64,000 bases of DNA. Source: Octopus bimaculoides. Lineage: Eukaryota. The notes under the pieces were generated by a model that was not told where the DNA came from, made no database searches, and worked only from the letters and a program-made list of their open reading frames with translations. Within the stretch, counting starts at the first letter, position 1. The number at the start of each line of letters is the position of its first letter. The DNA is taken from assembly GCF_001194135.2 (NCBI RefSeq), contig NC_068983.1, positions 149,390,828 to 149,454,827 of the forward strand, written 5' to 3'. Position numbers and translations under genes: made by a program. Below, one piece after another: positions 12,161 to 23,760 of the stretch.

Positions 12161-12302
12161 TTTGAGCGTGGCCGTTGCCAGTACCGCCTGACTGGCTCCT
12201 GTAGGATTTTCGAGCGAGATCGTTGCCAGTGCCCCTGGACTGGCTTGTGCGGGTGGCACATAAAAGACACCATTTCGAGCGTGGCCGTTTTCGTGCGGGT
12301 GA
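12161..12302 (+). mobile_element. Young RTE-tailed element running into a gap
   Basis: Near-identical by eye to the reverse complement of 9785-9921. Confidence 0.9.
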
Positions 12303-13125
12303 NNNNNNNNNNNNNNNNNNNNNNNNNNNNNNNNNNNNNNNNNNNNNNNNNNNNNNNNNNNNNNNNNNNNNNNNNNNNNNNNNNNNNNNNNNNNNNNNNN
12401 NNNNNNNNNNNNNNNNNNNNNNNNNNNNNNNNNNNNNNNNNNNNNNNNNNNNNNNNNNNNNNNNNNNNNNNNNNNNNNNNNNNNNNNNNNNNNNNNNNNN
12501 NNNNNNNNNNNNNNNNNNNNNNNNNNNNNNNNNNNNNNNNNNNNNNNNNNNNNNNNNNNNNNNNNNNNNNNNNNNNNNNNNNNNNNNNNNNNNNGTTTAA
12601 TTTCAGTTGATTAAAAGTTACTTTTGGTTCACTACATTATGTAACTATTATATTTTTCATGCAGAAGGCAACCCTAAGAAATTGTGTTTATGAAATTCTG
12701 CTTGACTTTTTTTGGTAGCAAGCAGGACAGGCCTCACAGTGATCTACATCGACAGTCAAAACTAGCTCTCATAATGGCTAAATGTTATCAATCGCATAGA
12801 AAATGGACTCTCTGCCTTCTTTGCACTTCTATAACCACCCAAGTAATTATATTTCATACCTATCCAACTTAATTTCTATTGTTAGTTGCTTAAAAAAGTA
12901 GCCCTAGTGCCATAGCATAGTGTAAATGCAGAAGTAAATTTACACACAGGAAAAAGCACTCAGACTTTTGTTTCCAGGTGTCATTGTATTATTTGAAAAG
13001 CTTGTAACTGCTGGACCAAGATGGCATACTAGTCAACTGTTTTCTACATTATCCTTTCTGAATCCTCACCACATTAGTTGATTGTAAGATTGCATTGAGT
13101 GAACATCTCTAGCCTTTTCTGCAAG

Positions 13126-13672
13126 ATGACTTACTCAATAGCAGAAAGAGTGGAAATTGAGGAAAGCATATATGAGAACAAGTTCTGCTAAGCAAACATG
13201 TGAAATTTTTGAAGTCAGGTTTCCAAGCAAAGACTTACTGACAAAAAGAATGATACAAATGTTGGTTGAGAACTGGTGTACTATGGGGTCAGTGCACAGT
13301 TCTCCAAGACTAATAAATCCTACAGTTCAAATGCCAGAAGTTATTCAGTACAAGGATTACTCAAAGACCAAAGAAGTCAACACATAAGTTGGCACAGTAG
13401 TCTCACATAAGCAGGAGGTTATGCCAATGAGTGTTGAGAAGTCTAATGTTTAAGCTATGTCATTTCACATGTGTACATCCAATTAGAAGTGGATGACAAG
13501 AGCAAACAAGTAAATTACTGCACGTGGCTTCTGAATAGCAGTTATGAGCAGTCAAAATTAGACTATGACACTTGCAAATGAAAGGCTGGGTGCTTTTTCA
13601 TGTGTGTAAATTTATTTCTGTATTAACACTATGCTATCAAACCCGGGTTACTTTTTCATGGATCACCCTGTA
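13126..13672 (+). mobile_element. Tc1/mariner-superfamily transposase remnant (N-terminal HTH, DUF4817-like) with right TIR
   Basis: MTYSIAERVEI..YMRT.SAKQTCEIFEVRFP...IQMLVE.W...GSV..SPR; second HTH (STHKLAQ..HISR) after a frameshift; ends CACCCTG|TA at 13664-13672. Confidence 0.8.
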
Positions 13673-13899
13673 TAATCAGTAACATGTAGTCCTTTAGTGG
13701 TTGGAAACAAAGTATACAGCTCTAACTTTTGTCAAACACTAAATAATTAGATTATTTCATCAAAAGATGAAACCGCATAAATAATTATTTTTCTTTCATG
13801 TTGATGTTGCAAAAAAGAGAATGTTTTAAAGAAATATTAGTGATTACTTAGTTTTTAAAAACGCTTCCTTAGCAATCATAACATTTACTCAGTAATAAT

Positions 13900-14090
13900 T
13901 GTTTCTAACAGAGGCACATTGCTGGAGATTTGGATGGAATAAGTATGGTCAGTTATGTCGACCCTAGTACTTAACTGATATTTTATTCTATCAACCCTGG
14001 TGGGATGAAAGGCAAATTGCAAGATTTGAACTCAGAATGAAAAGAGCTGGAACACATACCAGAAGGTCTAGCACCAAACTACGCCTTAGT
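13900..14090 (-). mobile_element. Meta-like SINE, degraded
   Basis: GTCGACCCTAGTAC..TTTTATT..ATCAACCC..GGGATGAAAGGCAAA..TTTGAACTCAGAA. Confidence 0.7.
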
Positions 14091-14772
14091 TTAATTTTCA
14101 ATTAAAAAAAAAATATATTAATAATACTTTCTGTATTGGCACAGATTAGTAGTCGTATTTGATGAAAGATAAAAGTTTATTTCTGTGCATGGTTTGGAGT
14201 CAGAAAATATCTCACAGTGGGCACAGTTATGAGTTATAAATGATTTGAAGTCAGGATACGAAGAGACGAAACTAAAATAGTGTATAATAATTGAGTGTGG
14301 CATTACCAATTCACTATCTCACAATATAATAATAATAATAATAATAAGGTACAGATTTTTTTTTCATAGTGAAGCAACCTCAGATCTTAGACATAACTCG
14401 ACATTTTATACCCAATCCCACTTTCCAACTTCGTTTGCTTATAACTTTCTTGACAATCCTCTTTTTTAAGGAAATTTTGCAGATACGGTTTCGAGGATGT
14501 AGATCACAATAATGTTAGTGAATATTTTCAATCAGTTCATTTTTAGATTCTGAAAGAAAAAGAAATCTATACCCTTTTAACTTATTCAATAACTTGCACG
14601 TCGTTGTTGCACAGCATAAAGTCATTGAAAAAAAAAAAAATTCCCGAATTTTCCAGTACAGCTGGAAAATATTCAAAGCATTAAGGAACTAGTCAACTAC
14701 AATACAGATCAAATATATTCTGGACGATACTCTATCATCTTATCTGAATGATATCATTATGATGTATGCACC

Positions 14773-14790
14773 ATGAGCAAGTTAAAAAAG
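14773..14790 (+). CDS. Possible first coding mini-exon end, MSKLKK
   Basis: CACCATG start context, in-frame upstream stop, AAG|GTACGA donor at 14791. Confidence 0.25.
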
Positions 14791-15995
14791 GTACGAACAT
14801 CTTTTCTTTCTGACGCACCATCACTACTACGCAAAAGAAAATTAAATTGAAAGAAAGTTTTCTTTTCACCAGCATCCACGGAAAAGATATCTGCAAAAAT
14901 TCATTAACTATACGCATTAGTAAGAAAGTTGAGGAAACAGAGTTGGTGGGAAGCATTAAACTGTAATTATGCCTAGTATTTATTTCATCAAGCGCTGAAG
15001 TTTGACTGGGTGGGTTGTAAAACCCAAAGATGTTAATAAATAACAATTATTATTGTTTTCCACACAAGCATGCGATGTGATATATATATATATATATAAA
15101 TGAGATAAAATGATAAGTTCTGTGAAGTGATCGAAACCAAATGATGGACTACTCGGTGATGGTTTGTTTAGTCTTCTGCTTACTCTATGAACATATTGAA
15201 GTGTTTTGATGGAGAAACGACTTGTTTTGATGGTCGTTGGCAGATGTGTCAGTGACTGGTCAGACAGACAGACATACAAACAGCTAGGCGGACATGCAGG
15301 TTGGCTGGCGAGCTGGCTGCTCCTGCTCGTTCTGCAATTTCTAGTGACTGTTTATACATTTTAATATCTTTTACGGTTTTTTTTGTCTTCACATTTTCTT
15401 TAATTTGGGAGAGGTCTCCTCGGCAATCATGATGGCGGAATCTATTGGGTTATCCAGCTATGCAATAGAATTTGACACAGATATTGACGGTTTTTATCAA
15501 TTTTTTTCATTTTACATTTTTTTAAAAATAATTTCCTTTTAAACTTTACTTTCTTTTTCTTGCATGATCATCATTCCGAACACTTTCGACTACGTCATCG
15601 CTACAATATTAACTTCGACGTGTTTTTATGTTCTTGGTGATAAAAATGGAGTTAACGACCCGGTTTCGATTTCCCAACTGGAGCCGCTTTATTCATGTTG
15701 CTAATGCTCGAAAGAAAGACATGAGCTTCGTAAATTTATATTTCTTCATATCTTGTAACTCTCAAGACTTGTGAAAAAAAAATCTACTGTCCCTGGAGAA
15801 TGCACTTTATTTTACTTGTCTAGGCATCATAATGATCAAAATACTACTGTTACTTTCGTTATTATTTGTGTTCAAGTTATGAATCATACTTTTTTTACAT
15901 TTATATGATGAAAGTAATTTATTTTATTGTAAATTGCATTGCTACATAGTTAACAGAAGTATAGTGGTTACTATACACACACGAATGTATTGATA

Positions 15996-15998
<3 letters not shown>

Positions 15999-16066
<68 letters not shown>
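15999..16066. repeat. (AT)n microsatellite
   Basis: Perfect run. Confidence 0.98.
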
Positions 16067-16073
<7 letters not shown>

Positions 16074-16169
16074 ATGTGTGTAATTATGTTTATAATTATA
16101 TATATATATGTGCATTTGCTATGCACCTTAGAGATTATACTATACTGCTACGAAGTTGTTTATTCTTAT

Positions 16170-16233
16170 GATGCTTCCGGCAAATATCAGCTGATTTCGA
16201 TTTTCAATGTCTCGCATCTAGTAAAATATCTCC
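16170..16233 (+). other. Candidate non-coding first exon (start approximate)
   Basis: Begins at an ETS motif; TCC|GTAAGA donor at 16234. Confidence 0.3.
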
Positions 16234-16666
16234 GTAAGATTTTTTGATTCAGTTTGGGAATACCGAAGCCATTTCTCTCTCTCTCTCTTCCGGTAGTGCA
16301 CCTCCTAAGCACATGTTCGTTTATGTATTACACCCCTCTCACTACATTTATGTTTACATACACGTTTCGATTCAGCAAATTTAGCAAGCCTCTGTAATCG
16401 TGATGTGTTTGTTTGTAACGAATCTTGTTTCGGTCATTAAGCTAAAGCTTTATTTTGTGTGTATGTGTTATTGATTTTTCCTCTTTCCTTTTTGGTTATT
16501 ATATTAAACCTATGTTTATGGTTTTATACCTATTACATCCCGATTGTGATTTACATATTTAACAAGTATGGTTATAGAAATCTATTAATATGCATGAAAC
16601 AAATATAATATTTATGTGATGTAGACACCAGTATCTTTCAGTGAAAATGATGTACTCTTGTTGTAG

Positions 16667-16751
16667 TAAGCCGAGAGAAATACTAAATCGATCTTTCTCT
16701 TTCATTGCACTCTCCAAACAACCTTGCATCATCGTGGAATGCGGATGATGT
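16667..16751 (+). other. Candidate 5'UTR exon ending in ATG CGG ATG ATG T
   Basis: ctcttgttgtAG acceptor at 16665-16666; TGT|GTAAGT donor at 16752; all three frames contain stops. Confidence 0.45.
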
Positions 16752-16859
16752 GTAAGTTGAATGTTCGTTTGTACATAATACTCGGACATTTTTTTTTTTC
16801 ATTGGGATAACCCATTGATAAATTTATATTTTGTGAATTAACTGCTGCTGCAGAACTGG

Positions 16860-16860
<1 letters not shown>

Positions 16861-16912
<52 letters not shown>
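16861..16912. repeat. (TA)n microsatellite
   Basis: Perfect run. Confidence 0.98.
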
Positions 16913-16914
<2 letters not shown>

Positions 16915-17904
16915 AATATACAAAAATATAGGCTATGTTGAAGAGAAAGTAGGCTACTTTCTAAAAGATGTCAGAAACGTCATGTCTGTCCCAACAGAAA
17001 CTTAAAAAGTTATTGATTAGTTAAAACTTTATAACTGGGTGTAAACTCAAGTTCACTAATAACATAATATTATGTTCCTTTGTGAATCCTGCTCAAAGTT
17101 TTCAGTGCATTATAAACATATAGCGTATGTGTACACACAGGATGAAAGGGGAAACTAATCCCCTGACACGTTTGGCCAATAATTTTTAATGGCTAATAAA
17201 AACCTATGAGTTATAAGCAGTAAATAATATTGTCACTTTCTTTACATTAGGGCTGGAAAATTGTCTCATTATAATGATTTCCTTGCGATTGAAAGAAATG
17301 CTAACCAATTCAAAGAATATAAAGAACAAATAATGAACCGACTGTTTCATTACCAATTGATTTTAGGACTACTCCTTTAATTAGATACTATTCAAATTTC
17401 ATTTTCTGTGATAATTAAAAATAGTAATGTTTAAATATGTACAGTGGGCAGATGTGTGTTCTACTCTAGCTTCAGGTGACCATTACTTTGTGAGTAGAAT
17501 TTGGTAAAAATTTCACACATATACATAATGTAAGTGTATCTGTATCTTTTTATGTTGTATCCCACTATGTTCTCTAACTTAAAAGTTTTGTAAATAGAAA
17601 TCTATAAAATAAGTACTTGACTGAAACAGTTCTGACGTTGATATGATCACCTAAACACCATGAATATGATGCCCTAGCACAGGTCCAGTGGTTGAAACCA
17701 GTAAAAGGATATGTATACATGTTCACATACATTGCAATATTCATAATATGTGAGTCGAAATCATTGTCATTTGCTTTATTGATTCAGCACAACATATACA
17801 TGAACTCGAATCAATCACACTTATTGATGCAAGCATTATCATCTAGCAATAAAATAAAATGAAAACCTTACGAAGCATAACATCAATCCACAAGTTAATG
17901 AGGG

Positions 17905-18117
17905 TGCCTCAATGCAGTCAGTCAACCTGCCAGAAATAACTACCAAATCTCCTTCAAAACAACTATACTGTTTTATGAAAGTAAGGATACATTAGATTAT
18001 GTATTAGTCATAGATACACAAAGCCTGACTAACAGAAAAGATAGCATGGTTACCATTGGAACACGTTTTGATTGTGTGTTTGCTTGATCAGAGCTGACCT
18101 GTCATTAAATATCAATG
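17905..18117 (+). mobile_element. Family D copy (others near 18570-18745 -, 25600-25780 -, 26230-26425 +, 31090-31290 +, 32030-32440 +, 32540-32730 +, 44230-44350 +, 53160-53345 -, 58380-58570 +)
   Basis: Shared AACCTGC(C/T)AGAAATA(A/G)C..CCAAATCT..GATACATT(A/G)GAT..TTGATCA..GCTGACCTG..AACAAC. Confidence 0.65.
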
Positions 18118-18749
18118 AGGAATATCAATCCAACACATGTAAACACAGGGCTAGGGTGAATAAAAATTCTGGATATTTAATTGCTAATTAAAATTGTAAT
18201 ATCACACTTCTTTGCTGCAGATCATTCCCATTGAAAAAGAATTCTTGCTTAAGAGAATTTCACCAGTTAAATCATACTTTATGTAATCTTAATTTCATTG
18301 TGTCATGGTGAGGCATAATGAGCTTAGATGTGTGAGACAATGTCCAGATGAGCCTGTGTGTCAACAGTGTCTAAAATGATGTAGCTGTACTTGTCTTCAG
18401 AGGAGAAAAAGTATTCATAGACAAGTATTACTAAATATTATGCTGGCTAACCAATCTTATTGTGTGTGTGTGTGTGTGTAATCCAAGTCTCAATGGTTTC
18501 GTCCTCATTTGTCATCAGCTTACAAAAAACGAATATACTACTTGGTGACAAATAGACTGAACCTTTCCATTTTAACCTCAGATAAACTGATTGAGTAGAT
18601 CTATCATTAACAGCCTTCCAACTATAGCCATCATATCTTTTTAGAAGTGTATTGGGCTACATTATCCATTGTATCCTTTTTTTTCTTCCCCTAAGGTAGT
18701 ACGATGTGAATTAAAGATGATTTGACTACTATTTCTATCAGGTTTAACA

Positions 18750-19397
18750 ACCACGTGATGTGTATGGACGAGAACAGCTGTGTAAAGAGTGCCGATCTCT
18801 AACTGTGGGGGGAACCTGTGGTAGAGGTAGACTCAAGAAGACGTGGGAGGAGGTGGTGAAGCATGAATTTCAAACTTTGGACCTCACAGAGGCAATGACT
18901 AGTGACCAAGATCATTTACGAAATGCTGTGCTTCAGAAGACCAGTTTAGCCAAGTGAAATCGTAGTTGTGGCCGATGCTGGTGTCACATAACTGGTACCC
19001 ATGCTAGTAGTACATAAAGAGCACCTTTCAAGCTTTGAGCCTCACAGAGACAAGGTGGCTAATGCTGGTGGCACATGAAAAGCTCCTTTCAAATGTTGGG
19101 TCTCACAGAGGCAATGACCTAGACCTTTGGCATTATGTTGTCCTTGAGAAGAAGACCCATCAAGTCAAGTAAAATCACAGTTGTGACAGATACCATGTCA
19201 TGTAAATGGCACCCATGCCAGTGGCACGTAAAAGCACCCATTACACTCTCGGAATGGTTGGCATTAGAAAGGGCATCCAGCCGTAGAAACCATTTCAAAT
19301 GAGACTGGAGTCTGGTGCAGCCTTCCAGCTTGCCAGCCCTGGTCAAACCGTCCAACCCATGCCAGCATGGACAACGGATGCTAAATGATGATGATGA
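18750..19397 (+). mobile_element. RTE LINE 3' end (ORF2 C-terminus, 3'UTR, (GAT)n tail)
   Basis: HVMCMDENSCVKECRSLTVGGTCGRGRLKKTWEEVVK..AMTSD..RNAVL fits the RTE GRP.KTW motif; tail CCCATGCCAGCATGG..AAATGATGATG. Confidence 0.88.
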
Positions 19398-19494
19398 TAG
19401 ATTAAATAGTAAGTTATTTGTTAGGGTTCACTGAGGCTCAGTATATATCTTCAAACCCACATTTTTAAACTCTATTGTTAAAGCAGTTCATTAC

Positions 19495-19875
19495 TGACTG
19501 AGACCTTTGGAAATGTGCTGTGCGTGAGAAGACCCGGCAAGCCAAGTAAGATCGTTGCCAGTGCCCCTGGACTGGTTCTTGTGCGGGTGGCACATGAGAT
19601 GCACCATTTTGAGCGTGGCCGTTGCCAGTGCCCCTGGACTGGCTTGTGCGGGTGGCACATAAAAGACACCATTTCGAGCGTGGCCGTTTTCGTGCGGGTG
19701 ACACGTAAAAGCACCCACTACACTCTCTGAGTGGTTGGCGTTAGGAAGGGCATCCAGCTGTAGAAACTCTGCCAAATTAGACTGGAGCCTGGTGTTGCCA
19801 TCCGGTTTCACCAGTCCTCAGTCAAATCGTCCAACCCATGCTAGCATGGAAGGCGGACGTTAAACGATGATGATT
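19495..19875 (+). mobile_element. Young RTE deletion derivative (ORF2 end fused to modular 3'UTR)
   Basis: 5' part matches the reverse complement of 35725-35770; three internal modules; (GAT)n tail. Confidence 0.92.
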
Positions 19876-21204
19876 ACAGATGTCCATAAAAGTGAGTTAC
19901 AAAATAGCAATAGTGGGTGCACAAATGATGCAGTATACTTGTACACTGATTTGGAACCAAAATATAAATTGTATAATAAATAGTGCAATCATCTGAAAAT
20001 TGAAAATTGAATTTGATGAATTTATTTACTTAAAGAAGTAATTAAGTAACAAAAAAAATGCTGTTAGCACTGCAATGAGGAGAGAATAGCATAATTTCTA
20101 GAATCTGAAATGACTGGAATGAGATTCGGGAACTGCTGGTTGTTGACAAGTATGTGTGATACTGTGTGCCAGTGAAACTTGAGCTGTGAAGTCAAAAGAC
20201 ATGCAGGAGTGAAAAGAAATGAGTTAAATCATTGTGCAATGCAAACTTGATATCAATTTAGCACAGATTTTGAGGGAGTGCCTACATACCCCAAGTATTA
20301 ACCCATGTTTTTAAAAGTAATGATGAAAATGGTATGGAAATGTAATGGGTATGAACAATATATCTAGAAGAAGAGTATACAAAGTGAGATAGAGCTAAAG
20401 ATTAATAGTCAAGTCCTCTAGATTGAAATGCACAGGCAAAGAATGTGCTCACAAATTAAGCTTCATATCTAGATAAAGAAAGTAATGGTAAACTGTTGCA
20501 TTGTATCCATTACTGAAAAATTCTATCAATGTTTCACTCAGAGAATAGACTCAATGATTAAGTTAAGCCTTATTCAACTTACTTGCTGTATATATGACTG
20601 AGCTTCTATTGCTAGTTATTCAAATAGACTTCTTTTGTTCACTGTCCATGTGTTCATACCAAATTCTGAAGCTTAATAAAAATTGATATGACAAGAATAT
20701 CAGTGTGCTAAAACTAAACCTATATAGAATTAAGTTATTCTTTCATGAACTAAAAGAACTCATAAGACCAGTTCTTATTCTGTTTTTTTTTTTTTTCTAT
20801 TGTAATGTTAAGACAACTTCAACCTTCATTCTGTATAGTAGTAAGATATTGCTAGTTAATTTCTGTAAATTGTAAAATCTTTTCAGATCGTTGCAGTAAA
20901 ATATAATTACAAAACTTATACAACATATGAAAACAAAAATCCTAACTGCAGGATACAAATTCATCATGCAAGTTTTAGGAATTTGTTGCTGTTCATACTC
21001 AAGTTTTCATATTTACAATTTCTGTTTCTGGAGTTTCATAAGAAATCAGTTGACTTAAGTTGGTTTTGTCAAATGTAAACTGACAGTGGTCAGGTAGAAA
21101 CAAAGATCTGATGAATATTTGTCAACACTTCTGTATGACAAATGTATAAAATGGGAATTATAAGATGACATACAATAAAAAAGAAAAGAAATCATGACTA
21201 GATG

Positions 21205-23760
21205 GCTATTGGAATACATGTTTTATGTTGGGTTGAGCAGTTTGACAGGAACTAATGGGTTCAAAGACTGCTTTGTATCCCACAATCTACTTTAGCATGG
21301 TTTCTACAGTTGGATACCCTTCCTAACATCAACCACTTTACAGCATTTACTGGGTGCTTTTTTCATTCCACTAACACTAGTGAGATTGTCATGTAGCTTG
21401 CAAGACTATGAACCCAGACAGAGAAAGAGGCGGATTTATGCTAGAAGTATGAGATAAGGAGCCAGAGCAGAAATGATTTCTTGCTGTAGAGGGATTAAAT
21501 GGCTACTCACTATTTAGAAGAGAAATGGGTGATTGAAGTGGGGGTGAGAAAGAGATAAAAATAGTGATGATAAGGAGTTTGTGTTGACCCTCAAGCTATG
21601 AGGTGAGTAGAAGTGAATGGAGGTAAAAGAGCCAGGAATGTGGGTTGATAGCAAGAATGTATGGGAGTGTGAGAGATAGGGAATGAGTGAGGCAACAAAT
21701 ATAACGAATGAAGAACTAGTGTTGAGTGGATGCTGAGTTAAAGAGGCAGGGAAGAGTAGGCAACAACTTTAGAGGTTTGATATGGCTGAAGGGCGGATGT
21801 AGTGAATGGTGGGTAAGGAGTGAAGTGTGGCAGAAAAATAATGCTGATACACTGTAGACAGGGGAAAGATGAGAGATGATGAGTGGTTGGCTAAGTTGTA
21901 AGGGTGTGGGGATGAGAGAAAGAGGCAGGTATAATGCATGGAGGGAGTGAAAAACATGGTGGCAGAATAGTGAATGTAGTGGGGGGGGGAGCAATATAAA
22001 ATGTAGGTGGAGAGGACAGTATTAGGGATAAGGGATGAATATCAAGGGAAATGGTTCTGAGTAGTGAGAAGGGTTTAATGGTATTGAGGAAATGCTGCAG
22101 TTAGAGAGATAATGGGGATAAAATTGAGCAAATGGCTCACTTGTGCATATATGTACATATGCACACACACACAGCTCTTCTAGAACTTAGTTTCACTGAG
22201 TTGGACAGGTCTTCTCAAGAACTATTTATCATCAGCCATCCAAATCCTTTGCTATCTCCTCCGTGAGGTTCAAGATCCTGAGATTAGCCTTCACCAATTT
22301 GTCTCATGTCTTCTTGGGTCTCTCTCTCTCTCTCTCTCTCTTCTACAAACTCCGTCCACATTGAGATCAATACTTCTTTATATAGTTATTGTCAGCCATA
22401 TGAACCACATGTCCATACCAGTGCAGTCCTTTTCTGGCATACTACATTTGATTCCTGTTATGCCCAGTTTTTCTTTCGGCACATTTGTACTATATTGTTC
22501 ATGCACACTTACATTGTACATCCAATGGAATATACTCACTTCTTGTCTTTCCAATCTTCTCAAATCCTCTGCATTCAAGGCATATGTCACACTACAATGC
22601 AGCATTACAGTTCAAACATAAGTGTTTTACAATCTGTTCTTCACTCTGAGGGAAAAGACCTTTATTACCAGCTGTGGTAAAAGCTCCCTGAACTTATTTC
22701 AGCCTGTTCTTACCCTTGCTACTATACTTTTGGAGCAACCATCTCCCCTGTTAATTATGTCTCCTGGGTAACCAAAGTTATTGATTTCTTCTCGCATGTC
22801 ATTCAGGTATTCAAGAGAATCTATTTCCAGTGTGCTCATAATATGTATTGCTCCAGTGGATGACACATAAGTTTACTTTCTCTGTTAGCCTGTAATTCTA
22901 CTACACCTCTCATGTATCCTTAGCTTACATTGGGTACAGCTTTTGGAGTTTATACCTACTTCTTTCCTGCTTATCAAGCAAGACCATTTCCCAGAAGATA
23001 TCAAGGTCCTGTCGTCTTTCCTACTTAGTCTTTACTAAGTTTATTTGGAAACCTCTTGCATCAAGGTTTGTCTTCCATGCCTAAAATTTCCTCTCTTATT
23101 CCACTATAAATTTATCTTTGAGAGCTTAAATCATCAATATATAGGAGCTCTCGTGGCCAATCTCACTCTGTGATGGCCTGCCAGACTATGATGAATAGGA
23201 GAGGACTGAACTTTGATGAACTACCTTCTCAGTAAATTTGTCACTGAAATTGTTGCTGATTCTCACTTTACTTTCTGCATCTTTGTATACAGTTTGCACA
23301 GCCACCACAAGTTATTTGTCTATACCTAGCTTCCTCAGTGACCACCAAATTACTGAATGTGGTCCCCTGTCAAATGCCTTCGCCAAAGCAATGAAAGCCA
23401 GAAATAGTGGTTTATTCTTAACCGAGTATTTCTCCTGCAGCTGCCTCACTAGGAAGATTGCATCTATGGTACCTCTTTTGGGCATGAAGCCAAACTACAT
23501 CTCATTTAGGTCTACTCTGTCTCAGACTATGACTCTCTGTGACCATCATAATCTGATCCATTTGTTTGATTCCTTTGAGTATGCCTTCATTCCAAGTACA
23601 CTTATTGCCAATGGCATTGTGGTGCTCCTTTACACATTGTTTCACAATCCTGAACACTTCATGTTTCTGATCCTCAGATTGTTGGACATATGCAAATTTC
23701 TTCCTTCATGTGCAATTATTTTTTTCTTTTCTTTTTTTTTCTGTAAATCTCTACATAGCG
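21205..23760 (-). mobile_element. Degraded RTE LINE (RT domain about 22900-23760, C-terminus about 22200-22700, purine-rich spacer, tail about 21205-21400)
   Basis: Minus translation FGFMPKRGTIDAIFLVRQLQEKY..KNKPLFLAF..LAKAFDR.P..VIWWSLRKLG, VHQSSVLSP and RPKKT; many stops. Confidence 0.85.

Larger units (their letters stand above)
14400..16860. promoter_or_regulatory. CpG-retaining promoter / first-exon region
   Basis: CG dinucleotides are far more frequent here than in the non-repeat flanks; no TE inside; ETS motifs CTTCCGG at 16174-16180 and 16287-16293; several splice donors on both strands. Confidence 0.6.

Noticed and set aside
9678-12610. Longest ORFs in the track (265-315 aa and 125-153 aa)
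   Set aside because: Mostly X residues from N gaps; the real parts are antisense translations of the RTE 3'UTR.
14648-14670. 9-bp inverted repeat ATTTTCCAG/CTGGAAAAT
   Set aside because: Short enough to be chance in AT-rich DNA; no independent support.
16560-16760. C/D-box snoRNA in a TOP-like host intron
   Set aside because: No canonical RTGATGA box paired with a terminal CTGA and closing stem.
20888-21092. Possible exon after a ttttcAG acceptor (similar at 18221 and 59334)
   Set aside because: No convincing paired donor or coherent reading frame.
21195-21203. TGACTAGAT match to the miR-279 5' end
   Set aside because: Identity stops after 9 nt and there is no hairpin.
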